This document shows, one piece after another, positions 50,441-62,469 of a DNA stretch of 64,000 bases (within the stretch, counting starts at the first letter, position 1; every line of letters starts with the position of its first letter). The DNA is taken from contig OX597818.1 in NCBI GenBank assembly GCA_951406725.2, positions 124,682,001 to 124,746,000 of the forward strand, in the 5' to 3' direction. The DNA is from Octopus vulgaris (lineage: Eukaryota). The notes under the pieces were generated by a model. That model was not told the origin of the DNA and did not search any database. It saw nothing but the letters and a program-made list of their open reading frames with translations. A program made the position numbers and the translations under genes.

Positions 50441-50883
50441 GTATGTCTGTAGTTTTGTTTTGTTTTTTCAGTTCTTGTTGTTGTTCTAATCCATTATGTC
50501 TTTGAGTAAAACGGTTCCAGTTGTTGCCATCCTGTATTTTCACATGTATTTACGGTTACATTGTTAAATGTATTGTTCTATTTCTTAAAATGGTAGGATG
50601 TATTCTCGGGTAGATTTTGCTGTCATTTCTCACAGATCAAATGATCAAATAGAGGCTTCTCACCATTGGCTTGGTTGCTTCTGCAGTATTGTGTTATGGC
50701 AGTAGAATGTTAAAGGAAGCCAAATAATTAGACACGTTGATGCAGGTATGGCTATGTGGTTATACAATTTACCTCACAATCAGGTGGTTCTGGATTCAGT
50801 CACACTGAGTGGTACTTTGGACTAACATTATAACCTCTGTAACTTCAATTATAACCTCTAGTCAGCCAAAGCCTTCTGAGTGA

Positions 50884-51243
50884 ACATTATTTACATTTGA
50901 TAGATATTTGTCCTCCTCTTGTTTGTTGTTAACACATTTCGGCTGATATACCCTCCAGACTTCATCAGGTGTCTTGGGGGCATATGGCATAGTGGTTAAG
51001 AGCACGGGCTACTAACCTCAAGATTCCGAGTTCAATTCCAAGCAGTAATCTGAATAATAATAATAACAACATTGAAAATTACCTTAGGATTGAGAACCCA
51101 GGTTCAAAATTTTCCCAAGACACCTGATGAAGTCTGGAAGGTATATCAGCCAAAACGTTGTGTTATCAACAAACAAGATGAGGACAAATATCCATCAAAT
51201 GTAAATAATGTACATAATTCCTCATCCCTCAAATATAGAACTG
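50884..51243. mobile_element. inverted pair of the same Penelope pLTR-like hammerhead unit around a tRNA-like fragment
   Basis: 50884-50980(-) and 51060-51243(+) match the 39.8-40.8 kb units. Both hammerheads are degenerate. Spacer GGGGCATATGGCATAGTGGTTAAG...GAGTTCAATTCC is tRNA-like. Confidence 0.75.
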
Positions 51244-53377
51244 CCTTGTAAGTGAATTTTATAAACAAATCCTATAGTATATATGTGTGTATTTTTGTCT
51301 TAACATTTGCTCACTAACTGTAAACTAACTTCATCATACAAGTAAGGGTGTTTGTTTGCAATATTTCATAAAAACATGTCAAGAATGCGGAAAATATTAC
51401 CTTGATTGAAAATAGGTGAGGGTTGGCAATAGGAAGAACCTCTGGCTGTAGAAAATATACATCAACAAATCTCATCTGACCCATGTAAGCATGGCAAAAT
51501 AGACATTAAATGATGGTTTTGTCATTCATGCAAGAGCAGTTATCTCATTGATGTAGTTTAACTAATGCTTTTCGTACCCAATCACTCTTTCTCTTCTCAC
51601 TTATGCCACCTCTTTCATGCAAATTTACATGACTCATTCAATCAATTATATTCAACGCATTTTGTTTCAATCTTTATTAGTCGTCTCTATTCAGTGTATG
51701 TTACATGCAGTCTGCCTTTTTTTTCACTAAGAGAGAAGCCCCTTGCTATTCGTCTCACTTTCAGCCCTATCATCTCTGGTGCTTGTGCCAGTATACTTTG
51801 TTGGGTGTAGAATCAAGCAGATCCTTTAGTCTTGTCGGACACATGCTTGCCTACCTAGTGCTGTGTCATCAAAAAATGTGCCCTGCACATTGTGTAAAGT
51901 GATCACAGTTAATAAGGGCAGAGCAGCAACCACTCATCCAACCCATGCCAGCAGGAAAAGTGGATTTAGAACGATAGTGGTGGAGGTGGTGACAGTGCCA
52001 CTGCTGTCATTGCCCTAAGTTGCCAAAAAAATATCAACTCCCTTGGCTCCTCATCTTAATACAAGTTCTGTATACATCTAAAAAGATGTGATGGTCATGG
52101 CTGGAATGCCAACTTAAGAACCAGTGAGAAAGTTTCTACATGTTCAATTGACCCATTAGTACTGAAGAAGCCAAATCTTACTTAAATGACATTCCTTCTT
52201 TACAAATAGGGTTGGACTGTTTTGGGTGACTGTGTAGTTGTATGCAGATACAGACACTTTCTCAGACAGCCCATCCTTTGACCCAAAGGAACATTGAGGA
52301 TATGACAATTCGAAGTATAGAGGGGGAAAGGGCTGCACTAGCACTCAGCTGATAACTCGTTTTTACCATGCAAGCCTTCCGGTGGATACCCAAGGGAGAT
52401 AGAAACACAAGAGGTCAAGAACAATGTAGAGAAGGTCCACAGAAAGTGAAGATCTGGCAAGTGGCTACACCTGGGTACAACTGCAATCCTTTGCCAAAGA
52501 ACAAACCAGATGGAAATCTCTTATTGGCATCTTATGCACCGCATAAAGTGAAAGGTATTAAGAAGAAAAATAATTGAAGCAACATGGGATGAAGCACCTT
52601 GCTGAAGGACCCAATTCCCAACCTGGTCTGGAAAGCGAATCCACAACCTTATGAAATAATATAATATAATAATAATAATGAAATTATTGTATACAGTGCT
52701 CAGGTGCACCACAACTTGTCAGAAAGTGCGTATAAAGTATATGCAGTAATGTACAAATGTCTGGAAAGCGAACAAAGTATGAGTCAGATACATGCTTGTG
52801 TGTGTATGAAGGGGAGAAAATCAGGTGTAGTGTTGGCGAATCTCAGAAAGCATGGAAGTTTTGAAGGATGCAGTGCTCCGACAACTAACAACTGATGCCG
52901 GCAGTTTGTTCCATGCTTCAGCAACTCTCAGCATGAAAAAAATTGTGATTGTGAGCCGAACATCCTAACCACTAGACCATGTTGTCTGAATAAATAAAGA
53001 TGAGCCAGTCATGGCTGGCACATATTTGATCAGAACTGACCTGGAGCTAACAACTGTACATCATATTACAGTTACATTTTGGTTTCTTATGAGTAGGATT
53101 CAAATCATCCAAACCCCTTTTCTAATTATCATCATCATCGTTTAGCGTCCGCTTTCCATGCTAGCATGGGTTGGACGGTTCAACTGGGGTCTGGGAAGCC
53201 AGAAGGCTGCACCAGGCCCAGTTTGATCTGGCAATGTTTCTATTATGTTGATGTTTATTTTGACAATCTAATTATGTTAAGCCCACTGCAGTGAAAATTG
53301 TTTCATACTAAAGTCTTCTCTCTATTTTCATAGTATTTTCTGATTGTTTTTCTGTTTTTTTTTTTCTTTCATTACAG

Positions 53378-53523
53378 GTTCATCACGGGGCCACCAGATA
53401 TCAAAGATGAGAGCAATATGGGAAAGGTACCGCATGTTTATCTGAATACCGAAGAAGAAAATGAAGAATGCTACTTGCTTGTATATAGAGCACTAAGCGC
53501 TAGTATTTGCATGTTTATTAATG
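53378..53523 (+). CDS. CCZ1: CCZ1 exon 8
   Basis: TTACAG|FITGPPDIKDESNMGKVPHVYLNTEEENEECYLLVYRALSASICMFIN|GTAAGC; 146 nt, phase 2-1. Confidence 0.95.
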
Positions 53524-55406
53524 GTAAGCTATTTATTTATAATTCAAATGATAAATGATACAACTTTTGAATATTAAATTCAGTACTGAAAGCTAACAAA
53601 ATACTCTCATCAGAGTGTTTCTATTGTGTATCTTTCTATAAACTGGCTAGATCATTTGAAAGTTGGGTGTCTTTGTCTACAGATGTAACGCACAGTCAGT
53701 AGCAGGATAGAAGCTGCCAATCTCGCAGATGATTTGCCCAGTTCCTTATCAAGTTCTTCGTCTGAAACTTTAGCATAACTAATGTAGAAATTTTACAAAT
53801 CATAGGGAAAATGTTGAGTAGTATGCAGGTTTATTAGTTAGAACTCATCAGCTATTATTATTAGTTACTGCAGTTAATGATGTTGCATTTTTGATTCTAT
53901 ATCATTATTGACTTGTGGATTACTGTGCTTACACAAGTAATTAGGTATACTACTAGAGCAATGTGTTTAGAAGATGACTACCATACTTAATTGATTGTGG
54001 TACAATTCGTGTATATTTTTTCAAATGTAATTGAAACAGTATATCATCATCATTTAACGTCCGTTCTCCATGCTAGCATGGGTTGGACGGTTCGACCGGG
54101 GATCTGGGAAGCCAGAAGGCTGCACCAAGCTCCGGTCTTATCTGGCAACGTTTCTACAGCTGGATGCCCTTCCTAACGCCAACCACTCCGTGGTGGATAG
54201 CATGAAGAAAGCATGAATTTATGAAATACATGCACCTGTTAAACTTTTTAACCATTTAAAAAAAAGTGTTTTTCTTAATTTTTTTTTTTTTTTACTATAA
54301 TGTTTACTCTGAAATTATGTATAACTTCAACTGCCTGGTTAGCTTGTTGAACCATAAAGTACATCCATGTGTAGAAATATCTACTTTATTAATATACGCA
54401 TGTAAGGTGATCAGCTGGACGAATTGTTAACACATCATCATCATCATCGTTTAACATCCGCTTTCCATGCTAGCATGGGTTTGGATGGTTCAACTGGGAT
54501 CTGGCAGAGTTTCTACAGCTGGATGCCCTTCCTAACGCCAACCACTTCGTGAGTGTAGTGGGTGCTTTTTACGTGCCACCGACACAGGTGCCAGACGAGG
54601 CTGGCAACGGCCACGAATCGGATGGTGCTTTTTATGTGCCACCGGCACGGAGACCAGACAAAGCTGGCGAATGGCCACGCTCGGATGGTGCCTTTTACAT
54701 GCCATCAGACAAAATGCTTAGCGACATTTCATTCATCTTTACATTCTGAGTTCAAATTCTGCCAAAGTTGACTTTGTCTTTCATTCTTTCAAGGTTGATA
54801 AAATAAGTACCAATTGTTCACTGAGGTTGATGTAATCAATTTACTCCTCCCCCACTAAATCAGCCCTTGTGCCTGTAATAGAAACTATGCATATGTGGGA
54901 ATTTGATAAATGGAGGAATAGCTCAGAAAGGATTTTTAATAGATTACTTTTTTTTGTATCCACCTTGGGAAATGGATAGAATACTTCTATTCTTCGAGCT
55001 GCTGCAAATAAGATGTGTTCCATAATGCCATGTCAGGATTCTCTATCCCACTCAGCTTTAGGTCCTCAGTTGCATGTTTTGTGTCTCTGCTAATAATTTC
55101 CATGTAGATGAGTGGTCTTCATCCTCTATTATGGTGATAAAGTCTCTAAAATATAACATCTAATGTGGCTTCTTGATTAACATGAAAGCAGTGGCCAGTA
55201 TAGTCTGTTATGCATTGAGCAACAGTGGAAAAGATGGTTTGAATGAGATGTTTTCTTCAAGAGAAACCAGGTGTATGTACTATAAAGTTGATCTTGAACC
55301 TCTTTCTTCATAGTCCAAGTTCCAGCTCCATGGAGGAGAATGTTCTTTCCATACGTCTTGAAAAAAAGGCCAGCTTTTTTTGATTTTGAAACACTTTATT
55401 ACTAAA

Positions 55407-55767
55407 CTAGCACTATGACCCAGCAATGCCGGGTCATAGTGCTAGTGCATGCATATACAGCTGCGTGCACACATACATGTGAGTACTGTCCAAATCTCCA
55501 ACCAATCACATACAGCTAGCTGGCATTCAATTGGCATATTAAGTTTCAGGCATTTTGATTGGGTTTTGGATAGAAAATTCACAAACATGTCACTTCTATT
55601 GATTTTTTAATGGCTTTGCGGGGTGACTGGGGAAATGTAAAGATGTGCACGACCACCCTTGTACGGTTTTGAATGACCACAGAAAGTGCGAGCCCTCTAA
55701 CTGAAAAACTATGGATTTGTATAAAAGGACACACACACAGACATTTTGCCGTTTATATATAGAGAGA
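55407..55767 (-). mobile_element. non-autonomous Helitron with an extended terminal palindrome
   Basis: A|TCTCTCTATATATAAAC...CTAG|T on -. Terminal hairpin CTAGCACTATGACCC-AGCAATGCC-GGGTCATAGTGCTAG. Confidence 0.8.
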
Positions 55768-56214
55768 TATTTTGAAAATTTGGACATTTATATATTCTTT
55801 AAAAAAAGGCGGGGGGGGGGGTTACTTTTAAACTTGCTTGAGGTTAATCATTCAATCATAAAATAGAAGTAGAATCTGTTGTCAGTCAAAAGGACTGTGG
55901 CTGATGGACATATATTTCACTTTCCTTTGGAGAAGACTCAGCATAATGGCTATTGTATGGTTTGAACAATGATAATGTGGTCAATTGGTACACGGCATCA
56001 AAATCTCTGTCTCATTGAGATTTTATCTCACTCTAGCAGAAAAATGGAAATTCTTAAAGGGAAGAATATCAGTCTGTGTATTTGTAGGTGTATAGCATGT
56101 ACCTGTTTAAATATTGAGTATTTTATAAAAAGACATGCTTATAGATTGTGCATTTTTAATCATTCTAATTTGGCATAAAAATAAACATTGTATAACAATT
56201 ATTATTTTATGCAG

Positions 56215-56326
56215 TCAACACACCACTGACCTTTCAGACGTGTAAGAAAATTGATGCATTCCTGGGACAAACTTTAACAACACTTGCTTCCGATATTGCT
56301 GAACAGTATTCAAAAAAGTCATTAAG
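56215..56326 (+). CDS. CCZ1: CCZ1 exon 9
   Basis: ATGCAG|(V)NTPLTFQTCKKIDAFLGQTLTTLASDIAEQYSKKSL|GTAAAA; 112 nt, phase 1-2. Confidence 0.93.
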
Positions 56327-56488
56327 GTAAAACATTTAAATAAACACTCATTAAGTTAGTGTTAACATATTTAATGCAGCATTAGAAAGTTAATTACAAG
56401 TAATATTGTAGTGGAGAATTCTTTTGCAAAATTCTTCACAGTCAAAGAAACAGCACCCTGTCACCCTTGCACTTCTAAATTATATTAA

Positions 56489-56703
56489 CCCTTTTGTCAC
56501 CAACCCAGCTGAAACCGGCTCTGTAGTACAAATGTCTTGTTTTCATAAGTTTTGAATTAGAATCTTCCACCAAACCTTAGTCATAATTTATGTTCCTAGC
56601 ACTAGCTTAATGATAACTAAGTTATTTTACTAAATTCTTTGTTATATTTAAAGTAATTGAAAGAAACAAAGAGCATTTCAAAATAAATACAGTAATGAAA
56701 GGG
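56489..56703. mobile_element. piggyBac-type MITE
   Basis: TTAA|CCCTTT...AAAGGG|TTAA. Confidence 0.75.
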
Positions 56704-56774
56704 TTAAATTCCATTGTCCATCCTTAATAAACATTCTGAATCAATCTCATCTTGCTGACATTTAATCTTTAGAA

Positions 56775-57055
56775 CAATAATTTCCAATGTGGGGTGTGGG
56801 ATCCAAATTTTTTAAAGTTTTTATTTTTGCAGTGGGACATGGAATTGTGAAAATCTTTTTTTTTTTCATAGTCAATAATGTACTTTTTTTTTTGTACTTA
56901 GTAATTAATAAAAGAGTTACAAGTAAATTCTTTTGTATTAAATAATTGTGATAAAATATTTAAAATCAAGTTTATTTGTTTTTTTCCCCAACCATTAGTG
57001 GGCATACATTTTTCTGGAAAGTATGGCCTGGGGGAAAATAGATTGGAAAGCACTG
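56775..57055. mobile_element. hAT (Charlie/Buster-like) MITE
   Basis: Ends CAATAATTTCCAA / TTGGAAAGCACTG, 8-bp TSD CTTTAGAA / TTTTAGAA. Confidence 0.6.
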
Positions 57056-57927
57056 TTTTAGAACTTTTATATTATTTTAAGCCTATCATATTTCTGAATA
57101 AGTAATAATTTGATAAATACACACCCACTCTTTTTCCACCCATTTATTTATATATTTCTCATTCATTGTTATATAAGTTGCAGATTATTATCACTAATGA
57201 GTTTTGCTTTATTAATCATCATATCTTCCTTATTTTATAATATTATTTCAGAAAAACTTAACAATGGCAACCAACAAACCTAGAACATTGATTATAAACC
57301 ATTTCTGCCTCATTGTATTAGTTTAACTGTTTAAACCTAGATTTAATTCTTGTCCTTGTTACAATTTTCATTTAATCATAAAACTTACACTCAAGACATG
57401 GTATCCACAGATCACATCAATAGTTACATGTCTGTCATCATCATCATCATCATTGTTTAACGTCCGTTCTCCATGCTAGCATGGGTTGGACGGTTCGACC
57501 GGGGATCTGGGAAGCCAGAAGGCTGCACCAGGCTCCGGTCTGTATGGGCAGTAATTCTTAAAATGAACTGATGCAGGTTAGGGGAGGCTCTTTGATCTTT
57601 TCCACATAGGGGCAACTCTCTAGTACTGATACAATAACAGATGAACAAAACTAAAGTTAACGGGTTTATTTTGTGTGTACAAGAGAGCATGGAGCATGAC
57701 AACCTGTCCAACACATGAATATGAAATGATGTTGGTGATAATGAGGAAAAAAGATGTTAGAAATTACTCAAATAATTAAATTATTATTAAGTACAGTAAA
57801 GAAAATGCAACATTGATCAATTTTTATAACATTACATATGAAGTGAAATCATTTTTTCCTTACCACATAATTTTTTCTAATGAGATTTTTAATCATCACC
57901 GCACAAATATGTTAACACAATCACTCC

Positions 57928-57969
<42 letters not shown>

Positions 57970-57971
<2 letters not shown>

Positions 57972-58191
57972 GCCATGATAGATCGCTAGCCACTACACGT
58001 TCTTTATTTTCTCTCCTTGTTTCTTTCTGTGAAAGAGCATAGGCGCGAAATGTTAAAGACTTTCACTTCCCAAGTGTTATACTAATACGTCTGTTTGTTG
58101 TCTACACCACCTGTCTTCGTTTTTTGTTGTTTTTTTGTGAATTCTCCCCCCCCCTATATATATAGACACACACACACATTTACATTATTTT

Positions 58192-58225
<34 letters not shown>

Positions 58226-58420
58226 AATGAGAAAGTTTACGAAAATAAACAAAAGACGAAGGCAGGTGGAGTACAAACAAACAAATGTATTAGTATAGCA
58301 CTCAGGAATAGAAATAGAAAAAGTCTTTCACATTTCGAGCCTACGCTCTTCAACAGAAAGATACACGGAAAAAAACAAGGAGAGAAAAAAAAATGCGTGT
58401 AGGAGCTAATGATCTATATT
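57970..58420. repeat. inverted pair of the 14.1-kb pLTR-like repeat
   Basis: 57970-58150(+) and 58230-58420(-) are reverse complements around a microsatellite. Both carry decayed hammerhead-like motifs. Confidence 0.7.
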
Positions 58421-59660
58421 TATCTATAGTATATTGAACTGCTATTGGGAGAATCAACAAAAAAATTATTCCATCCTGCAAAAATTTTTAAATGAATTAC
58501 TATAAGTTTCATGCTCAGATAGTACAATGATCAAATGAGCTTTTATAGCTTGCCACGTACTATCCTGTAATTTTTGAGCCTGAAAGATACAGCATAGTAA
58601 ATGGCACACTTTACAACCTCATTCAATCATTGCCCTATTTGAATATGAAACTTATAGTAGCTCATTTTTTAATCTTTGCTTATTAGATTATATATATATA
58701 TATATATATATCATCATCATCATCATCATTTAACGTCCACCTTCCATGCTAGCATGGGTTGAACGATTTGACTGAGGTCTGGCGAACCAGACTCCAATCT
58801 GCTCTGGCCGAGTTTCTACAGCTGGATGCCCTTCCTAACGCCAACCACTCCGAGAGTGTAGTGGGTGCTTTTACATGCCACTTGCACGAGGGCCAGTTTG
58901 GTGGTACTGGCAACGGCCAAGCCCAAATGGTGATTTTTACATGCCACCTGCACAGGAGCTAGTCCAACGGTACTGGCGACAACCTCGCTCGAATATTTCA
59001 CATGCCACCAGCACAAGTGCTAGTAAGGCGACGCAGTAACAATCGTGCTTGAATGGTGTGCTTAATGCGCCATTGGCACGAAGGCCAGCTTGTTGCTCTG
59101 GCAACGATTTCACTCGTATGGTACTCTTAATGCTCCACTAGCAACGGATGCCAGTCACCGAATTTGATTTCGACTTCGATTTCACTTGCCTCAGCTGGTC
59201 TTCACAAGCAGAGTTTAGTGTCTAATGAAGTAAAGGCACGCACAAGTGGACTGGTTACACCCCTAGCATAGAGAGAGGGGGGTGGACATGAGGAGTTTTC
59301 TTCAGGATGATTCAAACTAATAGAAATGCATTTTTGACCATTTGTTATGTAGCTAAATTTAGATTGAATTAAATGAAATCGAGTGTCCTTGTCATGCTTG
59401 CCTAATTGTTTGTCTTTCCTCACTACTTTAACTACTTGAACCTATATATACATAAAGTAATAATTGATAGAATCACTAGATTATAAAGACTTATGAGCAT
59501 GTGTTATATAGTAAACATTCTTTTTAATCTCACTGTGAAAAGTACACACCATGAATAAATAGTGGGTGTTTCCCCTCTGTGACTAGAAAAAGAAGACCAA
59601 CCTGATTGTTAGTTTCAGTATTTGTTAACGCTTCATCAAACTGTTTATTCATTTTCCCAT

Positions 59661-60047
59661 GGAGGCGCAATGGCCCAGTGGTTAGGGCAGTGGACTCGCG
59701 GTCATAGGATAGCGGTTTCGATTCCCAGACCGAGCGTTGTGAGTGTTTATTGAGCGAAAACACCTAAAAGTTCCACGAGGCTCCGGCAGGGGATGGTGAT
59801 GATCCCTGCTGTACTCTTTCACCACAACTTTCTCTCACTCTTACTTCCTGTTTCTGTTGTACCTGTATTTCAAGGGGCCGGCCTTGTCACTCTCTGTGTC
59901 ATGCTGAATATCCCGAGAACTACGTTAAGGGTGCACGTGTCTGTGGAGTGCTCAGCCACTTACACGTTAATTTCACGAGCAGGCTGTTCCGTTGATTCGG
60001 ATCAACCGGAACCCTCATCGTCGTAACCGACGGAGTGCTTCCATCCA
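59661..60047 (+). mobile_element. full-length tRNA-derived SINE
   Basis: 15-bp TSD TATTCATTTTCCCAT at 59646-59660 and 60048-60062; same family as 20427-20812. Confidence 0.9.
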
Positions 60048-60262
60048 TATTCATTTTCCCATCCACAGAAAGAATTAGTGCTCATATCTATTTACAGCAT
60101 ATACAACCTTTAATAGAACTGAATTGGTCTGCCTTATTTGCATACTACTACTAATGAAAATTTGTAATTAAATGAACTACAATGTGGCAGAAACACAATG
60201 CTCTTCTTATGTCACCTTTGAATTTCTAAATAAATTCTTATATATATATATATATATATATA

Positions 60263-60376
60263 TATAATCAAAGTAAGCAACAAGGATATCCAAGGTAGAG
60301 TAGTACAATTGTTTCATGCTACTTCATTTTATTAAACACTCTACCTTGCATATCCTTGTTGCTTATTTTGATTATA
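60263..60376. repeat. inverted repeat (~39-bp arms, 2 mismatches, 36-nt loop)
   Basis: AATCAAAGTAAGCAACAAGGATATCCAAGGTAGAGT ... ACTCTACCTTGCATATCCTTGTTGCTTATTTTGATT. Confidence 0.85.
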
Positions 60377-60552
60377 ATCACCCCATTTGATTTATATGGA
60401 TAATACCATACAAAATTCTGGTGCCTTTAACTTAAGTACCATATTCATCTGAATCTAAATTTTGCTTAATTTATATATATATATAGATGCATGATAAATT
60501 ATTTATTATATACTACATGTGCATGTCTTTACTTGTTTTGCAATTGTTCCAG

Positions 60553-60705
60553 TTTTAGTGAACCACAGTACAAATATGTGTACTTCAATCATATGAATCT
60601 GGCCCAGAAGACGACTGTACATGGTGACAATAAGAAATCAACAAATTTAAACATTCCTCCTGATACAATCAAGCTCTTAAGTGACATCAGTTCAGATTTC
60701 TCTAA
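60553..60705 (+). CDS. CCZ1: CCZ1 exon 10 (gene continues beyond the window)
   Basis: TTCCAG|(S)FSEPQYKYVYFNHMNLAQKTTVHGDNKKSTNLNIPPDTIKLLSDISSDFS|GTAAGT, containing the conserved YFNHMNLA motif; phase 2-2. Confidence 0.95.
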
Positions 60706-60799
60706 GTAAGTATTCTTTTTCTCTCTACACGTTTTTTTCTTTAAATTAGGAATATTGTACAATAGTTCTACAGTTAGATTAGTGTGTATATATGGAGGC

Positions 60800-61612
60800 C
60801 ATGGGGTGGTAAAGGAGTGCTTCATGAAGCCGCGAGAACTCCAATGGCCTGATGCTCTTCCAAATTCTCTTGTTTTAACAACTTTCCATGCTTCAGGTAT
60901 GTGTCTGGGACGGTGGTGCTAATGAGGTGCAGGACACATGTCCTTGTTGATAGAAGTGTTCCTCTACATATATTGGCTTGGGAGGGAATGTGGGGAAGAC
61001 CGTGGCAGCCCACACATAACATATCAGACGTCACATATATATATGTATGTGTTGAATAACGTCCCCAATGCGGAAACACAAACACACTCATGTACAAAAT
61101 GTGACATCGTCGTTGAACGTGGAAACACACACACACACACACACACTGATAGACATATACACACTCATATGCAAACTGTGATGTTGTCATCTTCACCATG
61201 GTATAAAATGTCCTGTACTATATTTGACTATAGAAAGATTATCTCCATAAAATGTTTATATATTAAGCACATGTTTTAAATGTTAATTTAAGGGTTAATA
61301 TGTAGCAACCTTGCAACTGCTGTGATAATTATTAACTGGTAATTGAACGATAAATATGTATTTTTATATACTTTAGACTTAGTGTTATCACATTAGAAAG
61401 AATAAAAGTGAAACAATATTCACTTTTGACACGTAATACTGAACCAGTGTAAAAGATTGCTCTGGGGCTGCATAGGCAAGAAGTTAAAAATTTTAGCGGG
61501 GCCTATGACACTCCATGGACCCTAAGTAATACATGTGTAAAATTTGAATGAAATCAGTTGGGTATTTCTTTAGGGATTCATACATACAATCTCAGCTTTA
61601 TATATATATAGA
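60800..61612 (-). mobile_element. degenerate Helitron-derived sequence
   Basis: 61080-61230 is the reverse complement of the 45770-45850 minisatellite unit. Helitron-like 5' end TCTATATATATATAAAG on - at ~61612. Confidence 0.5.
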
Positions 61613-62173
61613 TACTCTTTTACATGTTTCAGTCATTTGACTGTGGCCATGCTGGAGCACCGCCTTTAGTCGAGCAACTCGACCCCGGGACTTATTCTTT
61701 GTAAGCCCAGTACTTATTCTATCGGTCTCTTTTGCCGAACCGCTGAGTGACGGGGACGTAAACACACCAGCATTGGTTGTCAAGCAATGCTAGGGGTACA
61801 AACACAGACACACAAACACATACACATACATACATATACATATATATACATATATACGACAGGCTTCTTTCAGTTTCCGTCTACCAAATCCACTCACAAG
61901 GCATTGGTCGGCCCGGGGCTATAGCAGAAGACACTTGCCCAAGATGCCACGCAATGGGACTGAACCTGGAACCATGTGGTTGGTTAGCAAGCTACTTACC
62001 ACACAGCCACTCCTGCGCCTATTTGTACTTTCATATGTTTTTTCATTCTAGCATGGGCTTCAGGAGTTCTCAACCATTTTTATTCTTGTAGTGTGAACTC
62101 ATTTGTTGCCAACAGAGATAATTGCTTTCTGATCTTTCTCCACCGATTCTCCCAGAATACTCAGCAATTAGAT

Positions 62174-62469
62174 CAGGATTTCCCAACCATTTTTTATCCA
62201 TGGAACCTCTCTGATTGCTATTTTATTCTGCTGGACCACATTGCCTTTCAATGTTTAAAAACTAGTTTTATAGAATGTTATTTATTAATGTTTTCACACA
62301 TTAATTTGTGGAGGTTGAACTGTGTAAACTGCTAGAGAAAAGAAACCTGTTTCTTGCAATACATACCAATACATACATCTAAAGCAAATTCTTTTCAGGG
62401 CACCTTAAAATACTACTGTGGATCCCCAATTTACTATTTTCTTGTATGGACCCTGGTTGAGAAGCACTG
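62174..62469. mobile_element. hAT (Charlie/Buster-like) MITE
   Basis: Ends CAGGATTTCCCAACC / GGTTGAGAAGCACTG, TSD AATTAGAT / GGTTAGAT with central TA. Confidence 0.65.
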
